From the IMG/VR virus record IMGVR_UViG_3300020049_006942: a stretch of DNA of 64,000 nt. The stretch is one strand, 5' to 3'. The stretch comes from a virus (Duplodnaviria > Caudoviricetes). Below the pieces are notes generated by a model, which ran no database searches, was not told the origin of the DNA, and saw nothing but the letters and a program-made list of their open reading frames with translations. Of the stretch, positions 1 to 7,364 are shown piece after piece (position 1 is the first letter of the stretch; each line of letters starts with the position of its first letter). Made by a program: the position numbers and the translations under genes.

Positions 1-255
1 AACTTCGTTGCAAGCTATCCCGAAATCCATTGTAAATTACAGCTTCAACTTGTGCCAATGGTTGATGGTGGTGCATATGATAGATGGGGTGCATACTGGG
101 GAATCGGAACACCTTTGTACTGTGCATGGGGATTCCCTGATTCCGAACCCTCAGACGTTGAACCGGAATTTATTCAAATCTTTATTCGTGCAGAGTCTCG
201 AAGTGATGCAAAGGCAAAGGTCCGTGAGATTCAACCATTTGCACGTTTTTATTAA
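1..255 (+). CDS. Conserved phage hypothetical protein (5'-partial; frame open from base 1)
   Basis: Frame 1 has no stop from 1 to TAA at 253-255; GAYDRWGAYWGIGTPLY motif resembles a recurrent phage small-protein family. Confidence 0.6.
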   Translation, partial: NFVASYPEIHCKLQLQLVPMVDGGAYDRWGAYWGIGTPLYCAWGFPDSEPSDVEPEFIQIFIRAESRSDAKAKVREIQPFARFY

Positions 256-258
256 AGA

Positions 259-891
259 TCATTCATCTTTTAACGGTGGAACGATTGAGAATCCTTTAGA
301 CCAATTTTCTGATGCCCATAAAGGTTGTAAATTAGAGAAATGAAAACATTTTCTAATTTCGGATTCTAATGTTAAATCAAAAGACCTGCATGGTAAGATA
401 TGATCAATGTGCCATCCATGTTTTCCGTAATTATCCCAATTCATATTTTGTTTAAATTTCGATTCGATATGTTGTTTTAAACTCATATGATCACATCCAA
501 CAATATCAATTATTCTTTTTGATGGGTTTAGGTTTCTAATAAGACTCCTGAGCTGTGTTCGGAGACTTGTTGCACGTCTCCACTGCATAGTCTTTTTGAC
601 ATCTTTTCTTTCTCGTTTCTTGGTGAATTCTTCGACTGCTTTCTTTCTAATATCGTTTTTATATTCTGTATATGCATCTTTGGAACTGAATTGTTTTCGG
701 TTTAGACCATTTAGACGCTCTTGCTGGAATACGATAGAAGCATATTTTTTCTTTTCATTTTCTAGTTTTTTAGATGCTTTGTTATTACAGGTTCGACACA
801 CTAAAGAATAACCATCACGATTTGATTTTTGAATTCGATACTGATCGAGTAGTTTTACATTTCCACACTTTTTACATTGTCTATCACACAT
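259..891 (-). CDS. HNH-family (EndoVII-like) endonuclease, probably free-standing homing type
   Basis: N-terminal CxxC..CxxC; C-terminal WDNYG..WHIDHILP..CFHFSNLQPLW..EN..K; opposite strand to neighbours; TATAAGTA 5 nt upstream of ATG. Confidence 0.8.
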   Translation of the reverse strand: MCDRQCKKCGNVKLLDQYRIQKSNRDGYSLVCRTCNNKASKKLENEKKKYASIVFQQERLNGLNRKQFSSKDAYTEYKNDIRKKAVEEFTKKRERKDVKKTMQWRRATSLRTQLRSLIRNLNPSKRIIDIVGCDHMSLKQHIESKFKQNMNWDNYGKHGWHIDHILPCRSFDLTLESEIRKCFHFSNLQPLWASENWSKGFSIVPPLKDE

Positions 892-1021
892 CTATATACT
901 TATAAATAAAGGCTGATTTTTGTATGCGTCATAAGATCAGCCCTTCAACAATTTTTCCCTTCGCAGGGACATTTTCTCTACATTTCAAATTTTCCCAACT
1001 CTCGAAATCTCCAACAATCTC

Positions 1022-1049
1022 TTGACTTCCCCTCAATTCTCGCCATATT
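1022..1049 (+). promoter_or_regulatory. sigma70-type promoter for a leaderless small-ORF operon
   Basis: TTGACT-16nt-CATATT, then 6 nt to ATG 1056. Confidence 0.55.
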
Positions 1050-1055
1050 CCCTGT

Positions 1056-1223
1056 ATGCCCCCGACTATCACAGAACTCACCGAAAAGATCAAATCCACG
1101 AATAATGGATACCTCTTTGCTCCTTCCGAGTCTGAAATCAAGGTCGCAAAAGAAAATCCAAGTGTGTTTAATCATACATTCAATCTAAGCGCGATCTTCC
1201 CTCATAAAATCTCTTTGAAATGA
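1056..1223 (+). CDS. Small hypothetical protein, 55 aa (not in ORF track)
   Basis: MPPTITELTEKIKS...HKISLK*; promoter directly upstream; ATGA overlap with next ORF. Confidence 0.6.
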   Translation: MPPTITELTEKIKSTNNGYLFAPSESEIKVAKENPSVFNHTFNLSAIFPHKISLK

Positions 1224-1312
1224 AATATGTCCACAATCTTTTGGTTTTGATTCTTTTCCTAATCATCGGATTGATCTGGAACTACTTGACAACTCTCCTT
1301 GATTCTGAGTAA
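1220..1312 (+). CDS. Small single-TM membrane peptide, 30 aa
   Basis: MKYVHNLLVLILFLIIGLIWNYLTTLLDSE*; translationally coupled (ATGA) to the upstream ORF. Confidence 0.55.
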   Translation: MKYVHNLLVLILFLIIGLIWNYLTTLLDSE

Positions 1313-1316
1313 CATC

Positions 1317-1457
1317 ATGAAAACACTATCTTTCTATTTCTCTCTGATTCGCCGATATAAAGAACTCAAAAGATTAATCGGCCATCTTCAACCAGTCGGA
1401 AAAATCGGAGAAATCCAAAAAATCTTTGATCTGAAATATGAACCGATTTCGGATTAA
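1317..1457 (+). CDS. Small hypothetical protein, 46 aa
   Basis: MKTLSFYFSLIRRYKELKRLIGH...EPISD*; starts 4 nt after the previous stop. Confidence 0.5.
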   Translation: MKTLSFYFSLIRRYKELKRLIGHLQPVGKIGEIQKIFDLKYEPISD

Positions 1458-1463
1458 AAGAAC

Positions 1464-1491
1464 TTGACAACTCCTTGATTCTGAGTATGTT
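1464..1491 (+). promoter_or_regulatory. sigma70-type promoter
   Basis: TTGACA-16nt-TATGTT; near-identical copy at 1286-1311. Confidence 0.5.
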
Positions 1492-1676
1492 ACCCTTTCC
1501 CAGACGCCTGTTAAAAGACAGGAAAGCATTGCAATGTTCAAACTAATAATCTGAAGTCTTTTGCTAGCCGTTTGGAATCCTCTGAGAACAAATTGAAAAG
1601 TTTGCAGCCTCTATAGCTTTCTACAATCTATTATATTATTAGATAGATAACCGTTCAATATTTCCAACAATTCGTC

Positions 1677-1703
1677 AAACACGGAACAATTCCCGTGTTT
1701 TTT
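1677..1703 (+). terminator. Rho-independent terminator
   Basis: AAACACGG-loop-CCGTGTTT followed by a T run. Confidence 0.7.
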
Positions 1704-2191
1704 TATTGCTCGTATTAGGTGATCTTTTGAAACTGAAAGATTTGAACCTTTTTGATCATTTTCCTGTTTAGAAATAAACGGGTTTTTGCATAAGTAGAAT
1801 AGTCAGTCAGATTTAATACATTTCAAAAGCATTGGCTATTCCGAGTATCCCTGTCATGGGACCGATACAGAGACGAATAGAGTGCCTCTAAAACAGATGA
1901 AATAGAAAAGAATTTGAAGGACAAAACGAATTGAAGAATATTAGATGAAGAATAGGGGAAGAACGAGGAATATATCCATTTTAAAAAATGATCGTCGCAA
2001 GTGCCCGACGTAAAAGTAGTGATTCAGGTATTGGAATCCTCTGTGATAAACAAAACACATATAAAAGAATAAAAGTTGTATTCAGAAAAGAATGAAAATC
2101 AAGACAGTTCAGTTTAAAGATGATCCCCGATATTTTCATATCGGTTTTTGTGTTTACATTTTGAATGATGAAAAGAAATGTGAAACAGTGC

Positions 2192-2220
2192 TTGCACAAA
2201 GCCAGTGACGCTGCTATTGT
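2192..2220 (+). promoter_or_regulatory. sigma70-type promoter for ORF 2273 and tRNAs
   Basis: TTGCAC-17nt-TATTGT. Confidence 0.55.
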
Positions 2221-2272
2221 TCAGGGTTGTCACAAACGACATCAAACAACAAACCTCATTGACTCCATTGAT

Positions 2273-2452
2273 ATGACACGCACGCCCCGCCTCGGAATGA
2301 TCGAAACCCTTGCCCACATGGACACCATCGAAAAATTGGATGCCGCCGTGGCGGTGTTCGATGCCACATGCACAGGTGCCTCGGAAAAAACCAAACGCCG
2401 TTTCCGCCGGAAGGCAAATCTTCGTGCAAAGATTCTTTTGGCCGATAAGTAA
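2273..2452 (+). CDS. Small basic hypothetical protein (start reassigned from 2165)
   Basis: MTRTPRLGMIETL...KRRFRRKANLRAK; promoter lies inside the longer ORF call, so ATG 2273 is preferred. Confidence 0.55.
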   Translation: MTRTPRLGMIETLAHMDTIEKLDAAVAVFDATCTGASEKTKRRFRRKANLRAKILLADK

Positions 2453-2462
2453 TCAAACACAT

Positions 2463-2539
2463 GGTTCTGTAGCTCAGTGGAATAGAGCAAAAGATTTCTA
2501 ATCTTTAGGTCGTTGGTTCGAGTCCAACCTGAATCACCA
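2463..2539 (+). tRNA. tRNA-Arg (anticodon TCT)
   Basis: Cloverleaf: AGCTCAGTGG D-arm, AAAGA-TTTCTAA-TCTTT anticodon arm, GGTTCGAGTCC T-arm, encoded CCA; one U:U mismatch in the acceptor stem. Confidence 0.93.
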
Positions 2540-2559
2540 AAAACAATTTCAGATAAAAT

Positions 2560-2635
2560 GCTTCTGTAGCTTAATGGTTAAAGCAGCGAACTCATAATTC
2601 GTTGAGTGCAGGTTCAAGTCCTGCCGGAAGCACCA
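2560..2635 (+). tRNA. tRNA with CAT anticodon (elongator Met or Ile2; not initiator)
   Basis: GCTTCTG/CGGAAGC acceptor stem, GCGAA-CTCATAA-TTCGT, GGTTCAAGTCC, CCA; lacks the C1:A72 mismatch and GGG:CCC pairs of fMet. Confidence 0.93.
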
Positions 2636-2682
2636 ATTTCAAATCTTTTTCTTTCAATTTGAAAATAGTTGAAGAAAGTTAC

Positions 2683-2711
2683 TTGACATGTTGAAAAAAC
2701 TCGAATAAGTA
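2683..2711 (+). promoter_or_regulatory. sigma70-type promoter
   Basis: TTGACA-17nt-TAAGTA. Confidence 0.5.
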
Positions 2712-2802
2712 TTCAACAATCTTAGTAAAGGTTTGAAACCCTCCCCCAAAGAAAAAATCTGTTAATCCATATTTAAACATCTTTTTGGAAGAAAACTGGA
2801 AT

Positions 2803-3186
2803 ATGACTTTTCAATTGCTAAAAGCCGAATCCCGTGCAAGGGGAGAAAAGAACGATTGTTCTGTTATTGCCCTTGCTGCATCGTGCGATCTGTCCTATAA
2901 AGATGCACATGAAATTCTTCGTAAGAAGGGTCGGAAAGCAGGAAGAGGAATGTTGACACATGAAATTCTTTCTGCCGTGAAAGATGCCGGAAAGACCTAT
3001 CAGGATGTCACAGAAATTTTCAAACGGAATTACGGCAAGACCGTTAGCAATATCGAAAATGCCGGATTGAAGGAAACCTATCTGGTCATCACTTCTGGAC
3101 ACGTTTTGACGATGAAAGATGGAAAAGCACTTGACTGGACCTCTGGAAGGATGCATCGTGTGCAATCAGTTTACAGAATCCGTTAA
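2803..3186 (+). CDS. Putative papain-fold/C39-like cysteine peptidase-domain protein
   Basis: NDCSVIALA (Cys) ... GHV (His) ... DW pattern; ATG 2803 preferred to TTG 2785. Confidence 0.55.
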   Translation: MTFQLLKAESRARGEKNDCSVIALAASCDLSYKDAHEILRKKGRKAGRGMLTHEILSAVKDAGKTYQDVTEIFKRNYGKTVSNIENAGLKETYLVITSGHVLTMKDGKALDWTSGRMHRVQSVYRIR

Positions 3187-3198
3187 CAACATAAACAC

Positions 3199-3507
3199 AT
3201 GAAAAAGACTCCATTCAAAAAGATTTGGACGAAAGAATTTCTTTTGAAACTCAAAGAGAAGTTCGTTGAACAACCTCTATATACGTTTTTTTGCGTCGTG
3301 TGTAAAGAGTTTGAAGCACTCTGGGACGATCCCTACTATCGCCGCCACATCCGCAAGGTTGCAAAAAACTATCTGAAAACTAATGCTGGTGAACTTGATC
3401 TATCCGAGAGCAAATATTCGACACTGTTCAATGCTACATATGATCGTGATCGTCGAGAAATCCGTTTGAGTTTTCTTGACCATGAGATTGCCAGACTGAC
3501 CAAATAG
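3199..3507 (+). CDS. Hypothetical protein
   Basis: 102-aa ORF, co-oriented, 12 nt after the previous stop. Confidence 0.7.
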   Translation: MKKTPFKKIWTKEFLLKLKEKFVEQPLYTFFCVVCKEFEALWDDPYYRRHIRKVAKNYLKTNAGELDLSESKYSTLFNATYDRDRREIRLSFLDHEIARLTK

Positions 3508-3514
3508 TTTTTTT

Positions 3515-3574
3515 ATGGAAGTCTTCGTCCTCATTATTATCTTCTTTATCCTCTGGGAGATTTTTTTCAATTAA
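3515..3574 (+). CDS. Possible 19-aa hydrophobic peptide
   Basis: MEVFVLIIIFFILWEIFFN*, 7 nt after the previous stop. Confidence 0.3.
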   Translation: MEVFVLIIIFFILWEIFFN

Positions 3575-3618
3575 ACATTTTTTTCTTTCGATTCTTTTTT
3601 TTTCTTTTTTTTTCGGTG

Positions 3619-3646
3619 TTGACAATTCTTTTTTTTTCTGTAAACT
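3619..3646 (+). promoter_or_regulatory. sigma70-type promoter, near-leaderless
   Basis: TTGACA-16nt-TAAACT, 8 nt to ATG 3655. Confidence 0.6.
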
Positions 3647-3654
3647 CTACTCCT

Positions 3655-3915
3655 ATGCCAGACAAAACCCAAACCACACTCCCGGTGCTGCGTGCAGTAC
3701 CAACGTTTTACACCAGTGATCGCACCGCCTTCACTCAGCGAAAGGACGCGACCATCTACGAACTCGGTCTTGAGTTTCGGAAACTGCTCCTTGATGAAGG
3801 TTTCCAAGATAACGGCGAATTGAAAAAGATTTGTCTCACCTTGGCAAAAAAGAAACAGAAATTTCAAATTACCTGGGATAAGCTGGGACGTGCTCACCGG
3901 ATGGTGAATGCATAA
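3655..3915 (+). CDS. Hypothetical protein (start reassigned from TTG 3616)
   Basis: MPDKTQTTLP...; the promoter overlaps the longer call. Confidence 0.65.
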   Translation: MPDKTQTTLPVLRAVPTFYTSDRTAFTQRKDATIYELGLEFRKLLLDEGFQDNGELKKICLTLAKKKQKFQITWDKLGRAHRMVNA

Positions 3916-3934
3916 AAACACAAACAGAAAGAAA

Positions 3935-3970
3935 ACCCGGTTTGTCAAAAAGGATTTGACAAACCGGGTT
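3935..3970. repeat. Perfect inverted repeat carrying back-to-back TTGACA hexamers
   Basis: AACCCGGTTTGTCAAA-spacer-TTTGACAAACCGGGTT; the right arm serves as TTGACA-16nt-TAAAGT (3956-3983). Confidence 0.75.
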
Positions 3971-4582
3971 AAATCGTTAAAGTGAAAAGAAGCCAGCAGT
4001 AGCCAATCTGTAGAGGATAAATTCTAAGGGAATCTACCTAAGCGTTCTTAGGAAATGTGCTTAGGTTCTTAGGTAAAATGCCTAAGAAATCGTGTCCAGG
4101 TTCCCTTAGAATTAGTCGGCTGGGAGTGGCTTTCGATGCCCGTCCTTCGGTAGAGACACAGTGGAGAGAATCCCCGACTTGTCAAATAAAAGATTTCAAA
4201 CTGTCCCGACCTTGCGCAAGGTTCCAAATCACACTGCGAACGTTTATCGACTGAATTAGAAAAAGATTCAAACTGAATCTATCTCGGCATCCCCGTCCGA
4301 AAACGTTACCAGTGACACACAATAATCGGGCGGGACTGATCTATAAACTATCATGGCAGAGATGCAAGCGATAAAATGAAATGAATCGAAAAAGAATCAA
4401 GCTGCATCTATCCGACTAGGTACTGCGCATATCCTGCACAGAGACGCACAGCGAGCAGAAGGGCACGTTTTAGACGCTTTTGCCGGTCCTGAGTGTCGCG
4501 GAATACCCGGAAGCACTAAAGACCGCTTAAAACGCCTTTAAACGGGCAAAAAAGAAAATGAACTGAAAAGATAAAAAAGAGC

Positions 4583-4610
4583 TTGCATAATGAAATCTAT
4601 AAAGTAAGAT
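4583..4610 (+). promoter_or_regulatory. sigma70-type promoter for the structured leader + DUF932 gene
   Basis: TTGCAT-16nt-TAAGAT preceded by an A-rich tract. Confidence 0.55.
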
Positions 4611-4616
4611 GCTCAT

Positions 4617-4776
4617 ACCGAAAGGGATCGCCCCTAACGGATGCAGTGAAACCGCTTCACTCTATGGCTTGCAAAGTCTGCATTGGTGCCAGTGCGAAGC
4701 TGACCAGAATTAGCTTCAAAAGGTCGTAATGGAGGAAGTCCGGCCCCTCTCCTAATTTACGGGATCGTAAAAGATT
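4617..4776 (+). ncRNA. Candidate structured RNA upstream of the twister cleavage site
   Basis: Dense hairpins: ATGCAG/CTGCAT enclosing GTGAA/TTCAC and GGCTT/AAGTC; GAAGCT/AGCTTC with loop GACC able to pair with downstream GGTC; TTTACG/CGTAAA; no credible ORF. Confidence 0.45.
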
Positions 4777-4828
4777 AATGCAGCCTCATTCTGAGACAGT
4801 TACAAGCCTGTTAAAATGCAGAGTAATC
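4773..4828 (+). ncRNA. Twister self-cleaving ribozyme (type-P1-like)
   Basis: GAUU^AAUGCAGC-CUCA(UUC)UGAG-ACAG UUACAAGC CUGU-UAAAA-UGCAGAGUAAUC: P2 UGCA/UGCA, P3, P4, T1 UUAC:GUAA, T2 GC:GC; carries the UAAUGCAGC, GUUACAAGC and GCAGAGUAA blocks of the env9 twister; P1 is short. Confidence 0.8.
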
Positions 4829-4856
4829 CACACCAAAAAATAGAAAATACAAAGTT

Positions 4857-6035
4857 ATGTCACACGAAATCGAAAAACCAATCGACAAAGTTCTCAGCAC
4901 TCGCGGTACCGAATGGCACGGCCTCGCCGAGCATCTGGAAACCATCGACAAGGAAACCATCCGCCAGAAAGGTCTTTTCTTCCCTATCGGCAAAAGTCAG
5001 GTTGTGAACTGGCACGGGGAATCTGCAATGCAGGAAAGCATTGCGAGCCTCGAAACCCTGCTGACAACGCCAGGAACGACGAAAGCAGGCATTCTGAAAG
5101 CCTTTCAGGAATACAGCCGCAATCTGGCATTCATCGGCACGCATCAAAGCGTTACGGCTGATCTGACTGATTGCCGCCCTGATCTGGTCGAAGCTGGCGA
5201 GGAAACCCGCATCCCTCTCGGCATTCCGAAAAATTCGTATGAAATCATCACGAATGAGCAAGCCTTCGACGTGGTGGGCAGGGTTTTCCCTAACTGCAAC
5301 GTCTCGACTGCTGGCACCTTGCGCGGCGGGAAGGTGTTTTTCCTTAGTCTCGACATGGATGGAAAGACCGAGTACACCGGCCCCCGTGGTGATAAGTACC
5401 TGCAATTCTGGGATGTCGTCACCTCTCACGATGGTACGATTGCCTTCCGCATCTACGATTCCGGTACGCGTATCGTGTGCATGAACACGCTCCGCGCCTC
5501 ACTCAGCAACAAAGGCGACCTTAATATGGTCGTATATCACTCTAAGAATGCACTTGAAGCTCTTAATCGGGTTTCTGTGAATCTCTCTGAGCTTGTGGCA
5601 GGGCGGGAATCTTACTTCGATTCCCTAGGCTACCTCGACACCGTTTCCTGCTCCATCGAAGATGCCCGGTACCTTGCCAGTGCATTCCTCAACAATCGCG
5701 GCAGCAAAGAGGGTGAAGAGCCTAAAGAACTTTCTACGCAGATTTTCAATCGTGCGGAAGAAATCGGAAACCTCTTCAAAACCGGACAGGGGAACCGTGG
5801 GGCAAATTACTATGATCTGCTCAACGGCATGACTGAGTGCTTCACCTGGGGAATGGGAACGGGTGCGAAACTTTCCAAGGCTGAAAAGCTGATGAAATCC
5901 CGCGACGGCACCGCTGCCGAAGTTAAGGAAGAATTCTACAACTTCCTAATTTCCGGTCCCGAAATCCTCGAACGTGCGCGGCTCCAAGGTGAGAAACTTT
6001 TCCGTGAAAAGGAACTTGCCAAGGCTTCCAAGTAA
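4857..6035 (+). CDS. DUF932 (DUF945)-family phage protein
   Basis: WHGL N-terminus, TAGTLRGGK, SHDG...RIVCMNTL motifs; visibly GC-richer than the late region. Confidence 0.8.
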   Translation: MSHEIEKPIDKVLSTRGTEWHGLAEHLETIDKETIRQKGLFFPIGKSQVVNWHGESAMQESIASLETLLTTPGTTKAGILKAFQEYSRNLAFIGTHQSVTADLTDCRPDLVEAGEETRIPLGIPKNSYEIITNEQAFDVVGRVFPNCNVSTAGTLRGGKVFFLSLDMDGKTEYTGPRGDKYLQFWDVVTSHDGTIAFRIYDSGTRIVCMNTLRASLSNKGDLNMVVYHSKNALEALNRVSVNLSELVAGRESYFDSLGYLDTVSCSIEDARYLASAFLNNRGSKEGEEPKELSTQIFNRAEEIGNLFKTGQGNRGANYYDLLNGMTECFTWGMGTGAKLSKAEKLMKSRDGTAAEVKEEFYNFLISGPEILERARLQGEKLFREKELAKASK

Positions 6036-6047
6036 GTGATCCATGAA

Positions 6048-6078
6048 GGAGGGCATAGGGAAATACTCTATGCCCTCC
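6048..6078 (+). terminator. Strong 3' hairpin (terminator or stability hairpin) after DUF932
   Basis: GGAGGGCATAGGG-AAATA-CTCTATGCCCTCC, no U-tail. Confidence 0.5.
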
Positions 6079-6631
6079 GATGGGTTACTAACTTTCTAAA
6101 TCAATTTTCTTATGTTCACGCTCATCTTCCGTGCTGATGCAACCATCCATGATTCTCCTAGTGATGCACTGATGCACATACTGGGTCTGATAGGTGATGC
6201 ACCTATTCCATCCTTCCACATCTTCCCTACTGATACATAATACCTTTCCCGTGGTGTGGGATAGGGGAGACACCTATGACATAGATGAGAGTCTGTGTAT
6301 AGCTAGGCGAGAGTCTGCTATAACAATAGGTGTTTCCCTAACCGGGGAGAGTGGTGGGACTAGGAAAGATAGGAAAAATGATTACGACTCGTAGAAAATT
6401 CGGTATAGGGGATATGCTTAGGGATACCCGCCCTCCGGCAAATGCAGACTCTTAATATCTTTCTTATAATTTCTATAATTTAAAATTTTTTATATACCCG
6501 ATAAAGTCATGTTATTCTTTTTCTAATAATCTTTTCGACATTTACTAAAATCGATTTTTAAAAAATTTTTTATAATTTTTTTGTACACATACATGTACAT
6601 GGGAAAATTCTCAAATTTGAGAAAGTATCTT

Positions 6632-7342
6632 TTAGTCTCCTTGACGTTGTTGTTGTTTCTGTCTTATATCGACAGGTGCTTTTGGTCTTGCACCCATTTT
6701 CAATAATTGTTGCTTCTTTACTTCGGGACTGGCAAGATGGATTTTATCGAGGTCGAAGTCGTTTTCGGGAACGGGTTCTTCGGATTTATATAAATCGTTT
6801 AGATTTACTGTACTTCTATCCTGACCAAGTTCTATATAAATCTTATCGGGATCGGCCTTGAGCTTTTGTGCCAGTTGTTTTATAAGAGATACATCTTTAG
6901 GTTTGAGGCGTCCTATTTGATTCCATATAGATAATACAGTTAGTTTCTTATCGGGCCATATACGACCTTGAATAGCATCGGGATGTTTTTTCAGTGTGCT
7001 TCCTCTACTATAGTAACCTGTTTCATCCCCGAAATTATCCAAATATTCTTGGCGGTCTTCTTCGGATATTTCTCCGATAGAATAGATACTGGAACTGTTA
7101 GAATTGTCTCTTAAAAGGTATTGATAATGGATTGCAGTCATCAAGGTTCCGTGGTAGAATTCTGTAGTGTAAAATATTGCATCCTTGAATGTAATGAATG
7201 TGACTGCATTTTTATCATCATATCCGGTTTTTATTTCAAAGTCTTCACCCTCTGGAGTCTTTATTTGTATATATGCACTGTCAGGGTCTTCCTTGATAAT
7301 AGAAAGCTTGTTCAATTTATTATAGAGTTCATTAAATTTCAT
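6632..7342 (-). CDS. Putative internal head (ejected) protein with MKFNELY tag
   Basis: N-term MKFNELYNKLNKLSIIKE^; shares RIW..K..S.W and C-terminal GD* with 8723-9397. Confidence 0.7.
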   Translation of the reverse strand: MKFNELYNKLNKLSIIKEDPDSAYIQIKTPEGEDFEIKTGYDDKNAVTFITFKDAIFYTTEFYHGTLMTAIHYQYLLRDNSNSSSIYSIGEISEEDRQEYLDNFGDETGYYSRGSTLKKHPDAIQGRIWPDKKLTVLSIWNQIGRLKPKDVSLIKQLAQKLKADPDKIYIELGQDRSTVNLNDLYKSEEPVPENDFDLDKIHLASPEVKKQQLLKMGARPKAPVDIRQKQQQRQGD

Positions 7343-7364
7343 AATTAGGTTAATCTTAAAGTTT

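Noticed and set aside
8-343. ORF 8-343 and the many short antisense or overlapping ORFs in the track (for example 4860-5429, 20051-20419, 32459-32815, 62405-62881)
   Set aside because: They are shadow frames of better-supported genes, with no motifs or promoter context
4030-4075. Pistol ribozyme suggested by CCTAAGCGTT
   Set aside because: The upstream P1 hairpin with complementary loop and the UAAAU linker are not in the required order
4466-4545. Imperfect inverted repeat CGTTTTAGACGCTTTT...AAAACGCCTTTAAACG as a recombination or resolution site
   Set aside because: Too degenerate, with no clear second copy or recombinase in the window
4617-4772. Known riboswitch (cobalamin, c-di-GMP, SAM) in the DUF932 leader
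   Set aside because: I could not match the consensus blocks of these classes; kept as an unknown structured RNA
6130-6210. Hammerhead ribozyme suggested by CTGATG repeats
   Set aside because: The sequence is CTGATGC, not CUGAUGA, and no properly placed GAAA core or stems are present
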